From Amoebophrya sp. A120 (lineage: Eukaryota > Protista > Dinoflagellata), in NCBI GenBank assembly GCA_905178155.1, contig CAJINV010000001.1, positions 2,470,089 through 2,534,088 of the forward strand: DNA of 64,000 nucleotides, given 5' to 3'. The notes beneath the pieces were generated by a model. That model was not told the origin of the DNA, made no database searches, and saw only the letters and a list, made by a program, of their open reading frames with translations. The stretch's first letter is position 1; every line of letters starts with the position of its first letter. Position numbers and translations under genes: made by a program. This document shows positions 48,901 through 59,871 of this stretch, one piece after another.

Positions 48901-50608
48901 TAGTAGTCAAGAAGTCCTCTACTTCTGGAAATGGGACCACAGGAGCCTGTCCGCGAAGAGCTGCAGCGGCATCGGAGGTTTTTGACTCGGCTTCCGCCGC
49001 AGTAGTGCCCGCCGCGGCAGGAACTTGTTCCGAAGGTATATTCCTGTCGTCCAGATCGCCACCATCAACTGCATCTCCTCCTGAATCAACAACATTTCCG
49101 GCTTCGCCTTCTTCAACAACAGGATTCTTCAGGTTCTCAACTCCTTCCTCCCCATGCGAGAGACTTGTACTGGTTTTCGACAGCAACAAACCAGGCTCCG
49201 CAATCCCTGACGCGCCCGTTTCTCCAGCGTTGGTAATATGCACGTACCGGTGCGCCGGTAAACTGGTGAACTCCTCCCGCGTCTGCACTTCTTCCAAAAT
49301 GCGCTTGCTGACGACCTTCTCCGCGACCTCTTCGAGCGGCGAAGACGACATCATCACGGCGTCATATGCATTGCAAATATGTCTGGGTCTGGAAACTTGT
49401 GATGCAAGGAAGGAAATAGCGACCACACTGTAATGCGCTGCCAAGCATGACAACTTTTTTCGTGGTTCTAAGTTGCGTACTCCGCATGACAAACTGCGTT
49501 CTTGCATGACAGACGAGAGGAGCTCTTTGAGGCCACGCAAGACAGAGTCCAGAGTCATGCCAGACTAGCATGACAAACCTCGCAATCTCCCAGACCCAGA
49601 CATATTTGCATTTGATACGTCAGGGTGGAGAACTTCTGCTTGGTCACTTCTTGGAAGCACCGTTTCGATCGCGGCGGTTATGGAGTCCTGCTCTGGTTCT
49701 TGTGCCACTGCAGCGACCATGGCGCCCGCAAGAGGAACCACCTTCTCCTCTGGGACGATCGTTAACGACGGAGAAGATGTTGCTCCGGCGACGACAACCC
49801 CAGCTGCTGTTACATCTGGATTCATCTCCTGTTCATAGTCCTCCTCGAAAAATTCTTGACTTGTTCTGTGTCTTTCCCGCCCGAAACTCTTCCGCTTGTC
49901 CTCTGCAGCGGGAGCTGCGACGAGAATGGTGTCTGGATTCATCTCTTGCTCATACCCATCGTCGAACTCTTGACTGTGCGGCCTCCGGCCTTCTCGCCCG
50001 AAAGAACTACTCTGCCGTCTGTTCACATACAAACCGTCTTGAAACACCACAGACCCTTCATACCGCGGAATTACGACGGGTTTGATATTTCCCCCATTCG
50101 CATTTCCGACTTTCACCTTCTCGCCGGATGAACTACTGCGCTGCTTCCGAGACCCACGCTTGCTCGACGTTCGTGAAGATGTACTAGTTTGTCTCGACGG
50201 CGGAGCATTTAGTACCCTGGGAGAATCCACGTAGATGCCGTGCGTCTCTCCGTGGTGAGCGTGCGGATGATCGTGCTCATAGATCCCGTCCGGAACGTTG
50301 TCATGCCCGTGCCACCACGGACTTGCATGCTTTTTCCTTTCGTCTTTTGCGCCGGTATCAACATCCTGTGCTGCTTCTGTGTCTTGCTCTACTGCATTTT
50401 CGTGCCCATTGGCATCTGGATCTCTTTCTCCCGCCTGCTCACCGGCTTCATCAAGCCCCTCTGGGGCAAACAGGAAAACCGGTTTTGTCGCGCAGGCTGG
50501 AACTCCACCGGCTGTCTCTTCGTCGCCGTAGAGCAGAGCCGAGCAAGACTTTCGTTTCTGCCGCAAAACTGGTACCTTCGAAAGGTTCACTTGCGATTGC
50601 AACCACAT
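45995..50608 (-). CDS. Large low-complexity/coiled-coil hypothetical protein (~1,450 aa), one TIR intron
   Basis: ORFs 49565-50659 and 45995-49558 join in frame after removal of the 49365 element (HPD|AVMMSS). Start codon uncertain. Confidence 0.65.
49365..49617. mobile_element. Introner-like TIR element, family A
   Basis: TATGCATTGCAAATATGTCTGGG...CCCAGACATATTTGCATTTGATA, DR CGTCA. Confidence 0.92.
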
Positions 50609-50982
50609 TTTATTTCCTCGGGAGAGCCCGAAAGAGGCGTCTTGACGTTTCTCGCACAAATAAACTTCAAAAAAACACTGCAGCGATCTTGATGTAAATC
50701 AAACCACAGTAGGCGATATTCGGCGGCGTGAAGGCAATCTTCTGAAATTGCGAAATCGAAATGCGAATGCGATACGACGATTGGCCGCTCGATTTCGGTT
50801 TCCCGCGCCCACGATTTTTAACGACAAAACCTCTTCTAGCCCCCGATACGAACACCAGAGAGACGCTTCTATTCGCGAATCCATCAAATAAACCTGTGCA
50901 GTTTCTGCTGTAAATGTTCTTCTTCTTTTTGTGTTGTGCGCCTTTCGAGCGTGTCCGATATAATCGTCCGTGCTATAATCTT

Positions 50983-53900
50983 TTACCTTCCTCCCCTTGT
51001 ACTTCGATTCTGCAGCTGTCGATTCGGAGCGCCACTTTCAAAAGTACTTGCGTTCTGCAAAACGCCCCCATCGCGCACCTCAGGAAGCAGCTGCTGGTGG
51101 CCACCACCAGCATCAGAACCGCCGGTATCTCTTGCAGCTTCTAGTGCTTTCATTCTCTTGTACTCAGCAATGGCGTCCTGTGCCTTGGGTCCCATCTGCT
51201 TTCTCGCTGCTCCAGCTGGACCTGCCCAAGCGACGCGGGGGCCGCCGACGCCACCGCTGTTCGCGCGTGGTCGCATGTCAGAGCCAGCACGCGGACGCGC
51301 GGGTGGTTGTTGGGCACTAGCTTCGGATGGGGCGCGGGATGCGTGGCTGGAAGGGGTGGCGGAAAATGTCGCGGAGAGAGCGGCTGTGATAAGTATTTGT
51401 TTTTGCGATTGTGTATCGAAGAACGAAAACATGATTGATCTCTATTCATGCATAGTCAAGGGAAGTAGAAGATTCAAGTTTTACAACAAATTCCTAAAAA
51501 CCCCACTCCCTACCTCTCGGCTGCTCTCTCCGCACCTTCTTCAGCTGCAGCCGTTTCATCTTCTTTTGACTTTGCAGAAATGCCGCCGCTGTCGATGCGT
51601 CCGTGAATCCCCATTCTTCCTGCACCTTCGCCAAAGCTGCTTCGAATTTGCTCGTTCGGTGCTGCGAACTTGTGGACGGGCGCGACAAGGATTGCGGTGT
51701 CTCAAGCGTCTCCGTCTGGAGAGAGTTCAAATCATCATCCAACCTTCTCGGTGTGATCTTGGCCTCTGTAGTAGAAGTCGCATGCTGCGCTAACCGAGCG
51801 CTGTTTAGATAGGGAGGATCTGGAGGAGGTTCCTGATTTGATACTTCTTCAGTCGCGGCCATAATATTCCGGTGCTCCTGCTGTTGCTGCTGCAAGTGCG
51901 GCGCGTGTAGTGTGAGGTGGCGCATCTGTGCTTGGAAAGACGAAGAAGATGCCGACTCGCTGGAGAAGGAGTAGGAATTATTTTCTTCCAAAGATGCCGA
52001 ATTCGAATGCGCATTCATCCCCGCGGACGAGGATGATGAACTGCTGCTGCCCGCACTAGCCAAGGAACCACCTCCACCGATTTTGCTCCCCACCAACGGT
52101 GGCAGTTTCACCGAAACTTTCGCGTGCGCGTCCCGCTTTCTCGGCTCCAGTCTTACGGCGGACGGCTCGAGAGTTCCTTGCTCTTGAAAGGTCGGTGGAT
52201 ATCTTGGTAGCTCCGCTTTGCTCACCTCGGGCTGTTTCACAAAGTTCACGTCTTTTTCTTTGTCTTTTGCGTTAACCGCGGAAAAGTGGAGTTGCGTCTC
52301 GTGCTTGACCGGAACTTTCAACCGCAGCATCTTCGGAGGTTTCGGCGCTGTCGGGACTGCTGCTGTTGACCCCATCGGTTCGTCAAAAAACTCCGCTTCC
52401 GTTGGTGGTGGCGCGGGATGTGCTGGTAGTGGTTCGGCTGGCTCCACTGCGGAGTCCGTCGTGTCTTCCGCAGGCAGTTCCACCTCAGAATTCCCGTTCG
52501 AACCCTCGTGCGAGGAAGAGAGGGGGGAAGACAACACCCGTCGGTCCGGTTCCCTGGCGAGCGTCTCCACGTCGAGGAAGTTGTCTTGCGGCATAAAGAA
52601 CTCCTGTCGCGCAGGCAGTTCGGAGTGATCAAGAACATCCTCATCTTCATCACTGTCATCTTCCGCTGCATCCACTACACTTATTTTCGGCCTCGCCGAG
52701 CTTGTGGCTGACATGTTCTTGTCGAGTTGTGGAGGATTGGACGGTGGATGATGACTTTTGTCTACTATTTCCCGCTCCGCATGATGTGCACCTTCGTTTG
52801 CCACTGGAACTGGCTCAACATCATGATCTGTACCCACCACCAGCATAGTGTTTTTACCAGCACAACCTGCGTGTTGTACAACTTTAGCCTCCTCTTCCCC
52901 CTCAACAACCTCAGGCGACGTGTCGAGAATCCCCGGAGACTCCTCTTTCACCGGTTCCAGCGTCGGTCGCCGACTAGCACGATTCGATCCGACAGCCCAT
53001 GCGTTTTTCGCCGAACGGGCGATAGTTTTCTTCGACGAAGTGGAAGCAGAACTACTTGTACTCGTGCTTGTTGTAATATCGGTTGTCCCATACAGCTCTG
53101 TAGATGAAAAGCTATCCTCCTCCACCGAATCCCCATCTTCCATTAGCGCTTCCACTTCTTGAATCGCGGTCTCCAAGCTCTTCAGCGTTTTTTCCGTTCT
53201 TTTCCTCGCTTTCCCCATGTCCGCAAACGGATTCTCGTACAGGGAGGCATCGTAGGTGAACTCGGACAGATCCAGTTCGGGAAGATCAAAATCGAGATCC
53301 GCGAGAAACACTTTACGGAGCTTCCTCCTGATCCGGTGACCACGGTACCACCTTTGGATGATAGACGCTGCGAATTTCCGAAGACTGGTCCGGTAAAGCA
53401 AAACTTTCTTCATTTTCCGCTGGATCAGCGTGATTCTACCGAGGTTTTTCACGAAATGCTGCCTTCTGTTCTCCGCTTTTGTCTCCTCGTACCACGTCCT
53501 CGTTTTTGTGCCGCGATAACAAGTTTGAATCTTCGTGCTCGCTTGAATCCGGGCTTTGCGAAAGGATTCCAGCTTTGATTGTAGACGTTCGAGGATGTCT
53601 TTTTGTGCGACATCAAGAACTTCTGTGCTGCAGCCAGTAGCTGGGTTGTTGTCCTTGACAACTGCTCGGATCGCCGACGGGAAATCAGCAGCGAACGCGG
53701 CAATTCCTGCTTGCGCGTCCGTGTCGAGAACCTCCGTCTTCAAAAATTCGACTGCTGTTCGGTATTGTGAAAAACGCACTTTCAACCGCTCAGCTTCGAC
53801 GACCTGCAACTCTTCGTCGATGTGGAGGGTTGCGATGGCGGTTGTCGACGACGGCAGTCCGGTACCATGATGATCATCCCCGAGGAAGTTGCCATCGAAG

Positions 53901-56900
53901 AACCGTATCGCTTGCGCGAGAGAATCTGCGAGGTTCGTGAAACTAGCGAAGCGGTCTTGCGCCTGCTGCTTTTCAGCGCTTCTAGTATCTCTGTTCAGAA
54001 AGTACGCGTCCCCCTTCTGCTGCTTGAAATCTTCCCCGTCCCAGCTTTTCAGACAGTCAACCGCGTTCAGGGCCCGCAGAACATGCCGGCGGTACCGCGC
54101 CGGATGCTTGCACAGCAAGACGTTTTGATTCGCCGACAAGTTTTTCAAATTCGGAAAAGCGGAGAGGCTCCCGGAAGGCAGCGCGGAAAACCTGTTGGCT
54201 GCGAAGTTGAGCGTCCGCAGGTTTGGGGCGAACAGGGGCAGGATTTCACTGAGTTCGTTCTTCGCGAGGTTCAGCTCGTACAAGCTGGGCAGAAATCGCA
54301 GCGAAGCCTTTTCCGCACGTCCAGACCCGATGCGGTTGTTTTCCAGATTTAATTCTTGCAAGCACAGAAAGAGCAAGTGTCCGATGGCCGCGATCTGGTT
54401 GTCGGCGAGATCCAACGCTGTCAAGAAGGGCAACCACCGGGAGAGCAAGAGTCCTGGAACTGCTTCAAGAGCATTTTTGCTCAAATCCAGCACTTCCAGC
54501 GCTTCGCAATCGCGGAGAAAACAGGTTGAGTCCAGGTTTTTGATTTTGTTGCTCCGCAGCACCAATCGCGACAAAGACGCTTTGCTCTGGCCGGTTGCTT
54601 CCGGCACCTTCTTGATCAGGTTGTGGCCAAAGTTCGCGGAGGACAGTCGCGGGCACCCGGTTTGCAAAAAATCAAAGTCCTTCAAAAAGTTGTGACTCGC
54701 GTCGACCGTCGCCAGGTTGACAAGCAGTTGCAGGCCGTTGAGAGTGCGCAAACCGGTATTGCGAAGCACGATGTGCTCGAGCATGGCGCAATGGAGGGCG
54801 AGTTTCTTCCCGACTTCCACGTCGGTAGACAAGTCTACGTTTTCGATCTGCAAAAACCGGACGTGGCGGAAATTGGTCAATTGGAGAGGTTCATCTTGCA
54901 ATAAATCTGTAGCTGCAGCGATTCTCAAAGCTAGCTTATCGTCGTTGCTGGAGGACTTTTTCTTCATCGCGGCCTTTTCAACATCTTCTGCTGCATGATT
55001 ATCCAAGTACGTCTTCCAGACGGCTACTGTGGAATTTTGGCTTTCGGGTCGGGGTCCGTTGATTTCTATTTCTTCTCTCCCCGGCGGTAGAGCCGGCAGT
55101 GCACCATTGAACAGAAGGGTTCCGCTATCCGTGTGAAACGACTTTATCGACGATCGCTGTTGGTGAAACACGTTCTCAGCAACCGAACGCACGACCCGGT
55201 CAGCCACGCGCGCGACGCGCTCTTTCACACGAAAAATCTGCGACCAGAAATCCCGGCTGAGAAATTTTGTGAAGAAAGAAGAACTTGTTTCCGACTTTGC
55301 AGCTTCTTCAACAACCTCATCCTCGAAGAACAGCTCATCCACACTGGAGCGCCCCGTGCTTCCTCCGCTGTTTCGCGGTGAGTAGTGACAGCGGTCGCTG
55401 GTCGGATGCGCAGCAGCTGCGTCTTGGTCTTGCCCCACCTGCTCTCGTCGTGCACGACCACTTGCGGAGCAGGTGAACTCTCGTTCTACTTTCCACGTCG
55501 CAGACAGTGCCAACCAGGAGTTCCGCCCGTTCCGTTCCCACAGGCCCATCCCTGGTTGCAAGATCTCGGCAATCCCAAACCGCGCATCCGCGTCTTCCGC
55601 GGCCATGCCCGGCCACTCGACAAAAATTCGCTTCTCTTGCTCCCGGAGCGTCGCGGCACGCAAATCCTCTTCCCGCATGCGGTCCTGCTCGCGCCAGGAG
55701 TAGATGTTGCAATTTCTCGCCTCTTCGTCCGCGATTTCCATCAAAACCCGCTCCCTTGCGCAGTTTTCGGATTCTCGCAAGTCAAACGCGGCAAAATCCT
55801 CCTTCAACATCTGTCTCCACTCGCGGTGCAGTGCTTCCCGCGTCAAACGCTGTTCCTCATCTCGCTCCCACTCCCGTATTCGCCCGGCCGCGCGATCTTC
55901 AAACGACATCCGACTGTGTTCCGCTTCTTTCGCTTCCTTCTCCTCTTGCTCCCGCAATCTACTGTCGGTGTCCGCGGCGAAAAACCGGGCTTGCTCGTAC
56001 TGGACTATCCTGGGAAAAAACGCCCCCACCCTGTAGTTAAGATTGGAAATCATGCTATACAAATCAAAAAGCTTTGGCTGTTGCGCATCACAAGTTTGGC
56101 CTCGTAGTGTAATCCTGTTCAGCTAGTTCACCAGCATCACAGATCTAACATATCACGCTGATTGGAGCATCACGAATTCCGAACCATGACCAGAAAATGC
56201 TTCCCATGGGGCTCCGCATGAGAAACATTTTCAGCATGCAGATTTGCATTACAACTATGGGTTTGGGACGTCTTTACATAGGATATGGACGCGACGGAAC
56301 TCCTCCTCGCGACTTCTCGCTTCCGCTTGCCTTTTTAACCGCAGTTCCGAAAGTTTTTTTTCCTCCTGTGCCTGCTTCTCCCGGAGCTGCTTCTGTTGCT
56401 CGGCTAACTTTTCGGTCAGTCCGGGGTCGTATGTAATAATTGCTTCGTCTGTTGTCCTCGTGCTTTCTATTTCTTGTTCTCCCCGTTCGCGAATGTTCGT
56501 GTCCTGACCATCTGCAAGAAAAGCGACTGGACCTGGAGCGAGAACAGGAACAGTACTCCGCGGCAGGGCCCAGAAACTTGTTTGATCCTGGTCCGGAATT
56601 TCCTTGTCCCGTTCCAAGGGTCGGCGCTGGATCTGGGCCACGTACCAGGGTACTAGCGATTTTTCCGTGTTATCATGATCCCCACCGGCTTGTTCTGCAA
56701 TTGTGTCCACGTTCAGCTCGCTTTCGTTTGCAGAAGAATTCTCCCCGGAGCCGTGGTCGCCGGCGGTATCCGCGACGAAGTTCTGGTCATGATTTTCGTG
56801 GTCTTGGTCCCGACGCTTTTCCTTCCCAAGCAGTACTTGCTCTTCTGCCGGCGCTGGTAGAAAAGCATCATCTTCTTGCGCTTCTTCCGGCTTTACATCC

Positions 56901-57675
56901 ACAAGAATTTTTCCTGCATCTTCTATATCTTCGCTCGTCGTGGCGCGTTCAACATTTCGCTGCTCTTGCGCCGCGGCAAGAACAGCCTGCTCCTCTTCTT
57001 CTGTCAGCTCTATCCTCTCTGGCCACGCGACGACCGGCACGGTTTTGAAGAAATTCTCCCGAAACACCGCGGCCTCGTCCTTCGTAAAGTCGAAGAGCTC
57101 CACGGCTTCCGCCAGGGCCGTCTCGATTCTGTCCTCGGAACTCTTGACTTCGTACTTGGCTTCCAGTCCAGGGACGGTAATATCTCCCGCCCGTGGGTCA
57201 AACCGCTCAGCAAAACCCAACTCGGCGAACGCAGATTGCAATTGCTGTGCGGCGTCGAACTTGTTTTTTGGAGTGCTTCCCTTACTGCTGCTTTTTTCAA
57301 CATGATCGTCGTAGTTGCGGATATTGGCCAGGCGCCGGTAAAAAGTTTCGGCGTCTTATCCAAGAAAAAAACTGTGTTAGTGTAGGTCTTTTAGGAAAAC
57401 AGCATCACAAGTTTGTCTGCCATGACAGGAAAAACTTGTCATGCCCAGATAGAAAGGGAAAACACGTAGGAAGCGAGCCTATCATGCATGTGGAGCATGA
57501 CAAGGGTAACTGTTTTGCATACTCTGCATCACAGACGTACACTTACACAGTTTTTTTTCTTTGATACGTCTTCTTCCTCCTCCTCAGGAATGTCGTCGCC
57601 CATCGCTGCGAGCTCCCGCTCCAGCTCGGCAGCGAAATCCATTGCGTCATCGAATTTGTCATGCTGCGCAGCCAT
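50983..57675 (-). CDS. Leucine-rich repeat and IQ-motif protein (LRRIQ1-like, ~2,020 aa); 2 TIR introns plus 1 GT-AG intron (51384-51513)
   Basis: About 10 LxxLxLxxN repeats, IQ motifs ASTKIQTCYRG and ASIIQRWYRGHRIRRK, and an acidic/coiled-coil N-terminus. The spliced CDS is 6063 nt. Confidence 0.8.
56006..56285. mobile_element. Introner-like TIR element, family E
   Basis: TATCCTGGGAAAAAACGCCCCCAC...GGGACGTCTTTACATAGGATA, DR TGGAC, interior colinear with 37061-37340. Removal gives FRRV|QYEQARFF. Confidence 0.9.
57357..57566. mobile_element. Introner-like TIR element, family D
   Basis: TATCCAAGAAAAAAACTGTGT...ACACAGTTTTTTTTCTTTGATA, DR CGTCT. Removal gives EEEEED|AETFY. Confidence 0.9.
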
Positions 57676-58248
57676 AGCTCGTTCTTTCCCACGGTTATTT
57701 AGTTCATGTACAAGAGCAGAGGAGACAAAGATCTACACACAAAGAAGGCAGTTCATCAAGTGTAGTTGTCCGATTGAACACGAATACATTAGCCTGTGTA
57801 GAAGTTAAGTTCTCTCCCAGACTGCTCTCAGTATCGGTTCCTCGCTCACGAGCTCGAGAAAGAAAAACGCCACTTTGGTGAGCCGAATTTCACGCTCGTC
57901 GCCTCTACTGAAGTCGATAAAAAATTCTATAAAATCTGAATGAAAAATCTCTGCAGGTACACGATTACGATGGGGATGATTCGTTTGTTTGGCTGGAAAA
58001 AAATACTGCCCGCCGCCGCCACGACGGCGAGGCATGGTTATCGCACACGGGAGAGCTCAAGCATCTTCGCACACGCACACTGACAAAGCAAAGGCTCTGT
58101 GTGTCAGATGAGAAAAGCGACGGGAAACGCCAACATGTAGATTGCAGCAGCAGCAACAGGACCGCTCGACATCATCATCATGGAAATCCTACAATCAGGC
58201 GGACAAAATCAATTTACATATAGCCACCTACTTTATTCATCAATCTCT

Positions 58249-59871
58249 TTACGAGAATCGTACAATTTCGCTTCGTACAGGCAAAACAGGGTGCTGCAGC
58301 CGTGGAGGGGGCATCGCCCTATCGCCGCCCCCACGCACCATGCCCGTCCGGGCAGCGGCCTCCCGAGTGACTCGCCCAAAGCCGAATTTTGACGGCCGAA
58401 TTCTTTTTGGTCGAAGGTCCATCGGCTGCACTGCATCAGAAACCATGACTCCGCGCTGGGCCTGATGAATTTCATTTTCATTGTTTTTTGTGCTTGGCAT
58501 CATAGTGAATTGTATTTCTGTACAACTTATAATGCGAGCCTGCGCTTCTGCTTTATAGATGCAGCTGCAGCAAGCAGGACGATAAAAGAAAAACCACACA
58601 GGATGACAAATTATCACAACTCCTCTTCGCTATAATTCTAGTACCGCTGCTTGGCGGTCGGACATGTATCCCCGTCTGGTTTGTGGAAAGGAGTACGCTG
58701 GGCGGTTTATCAACTGTAAAAATGTCTGGGTCTGGAAGATTCTGACACTTGTCATGCACGTTTTGCATGAGCCCTGATGTCTGTGATGCATGCCCTAGCA
58801 TCACAGATTTTTTGAGAGCTTCTTGATGCCTATTCCGCATGACAAATGCCCTCTCCGCGTAGCAAAAATTGCATTCCTTTTGGTACTCATGCAATACAGA
58901 TTTTTCTGGACTCCAAATGCAGCATCACAAGTTGCATTCTTCCAGACCCAGACATTTTTACACTTGATACGGTTCTTCAACTTGCTATTCGCGGAAACGT
59001 ACGGATCTTCTTTGAAAACATCCTCAGCGTCGAAATTTTCCATCCCAAATCCAAGTCCTCCCCCGTTATTATTTCCAAATCCATTCCGCGCCCCTCTCTT
59101 CCGCCATTTCCTGGTGATTTTCTCCCTTAACCCCGCGAGCTGACTGGATAGCCCTCCGATCGACACCTTTGCGCTGTTCCGGAACCTGCTCGACACTTCC
59201 GGATTCGGTAACACGTAGCAGCACGGCCCCGGGTTCGCCGCTCTGCTATCCTTTTGGAGGGACCCACCGGAGGGTCGGGGGTCGGCGTTGGAACTGCCTG
59301 CGGTGTCGAAAACCGCAAGCTTGGTACTGTTATACTTCAACTTCTCGGCAACGTGGTGCGCGTTACTCCACAGTTCCGTGAAAATCCAGGGATCAACTAC
59401 CGTTTGCTCCAGCAACGTCGTATTTTTGTACCCATTCTGCACCAGCGACAGGTCCTGTTTCGGGAAAGTGTACCCCGCGGAACCCTGGAGATAGGCTGGA
59501 GACTGATGTTGCAATGCTGGTTTTAGGATTTTGGAGCAGTTATCATGCGTCCGACTTCTCCGAGCAGTGGACGACACAGCTATTAAACTGCAATTGTTCT
59601 GTCGTGCTTGTGGCGGGCTGGTTTTCGTTCGTATTGCCAGCGTGGTACTAGTATTCTGGCCGTCAGCACCGCCGGCGGCCCGGTGCCGCAACATGGGCGA
59701 TTCGTGGTTCATGCGAGGAACGACTGCGGAAGCGGGTGCGGCTCCCGGACCAGCCTGCTGACTCGGTCCGCGTCCGCTCGACAGCGCGCGTTCTGCTTTT
59801 GCAAACGAAAACCCGCATTGCGACCCTTTTACAGAGTCGAACTGTTCGCCAAGAGCGGAGCCAGTTGTCAT
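58249..59871 (-). CDS. SHIPPO/ODF3-like (PGP-repeat) microtubule-associated protein; 5' end uncertain
   Basis: GFSFAK, GYTFPK, NPGPCCYVLP, NRPAYSFPQT (after element removal) and PSKFGFG in a probable last exon after acceptor ttcatcag|gcc. Confidence 0.5.
58708..58969. mobile_element. Introner-like TIR element, family A (close relative of the 12044 copy)
   Basis: TATCAACTGTAAAAATGTCTGGG...CCCAGACATTTTTACACTTGATA, DR CGGTT. Removal gives KLKN|RPAYSF. Confidence 0.92.

Noticed and set aside
49810-50010. Duplicated peptide SFGRE...SQEF...YEQEMNPD
   Set aside because: Real, but an ordinary two-copy intragenic duplication in a low-complexity protein.
12044-58969. Recurrent peptides in the ORF track (FQTQTFL, LPDPDIF, KMSGSGR, CKNVWVWK, QKCLGLE) as a protein repeat family
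   Set aside because: They are the six-frame translations of the family A TIR, not coding sequence.
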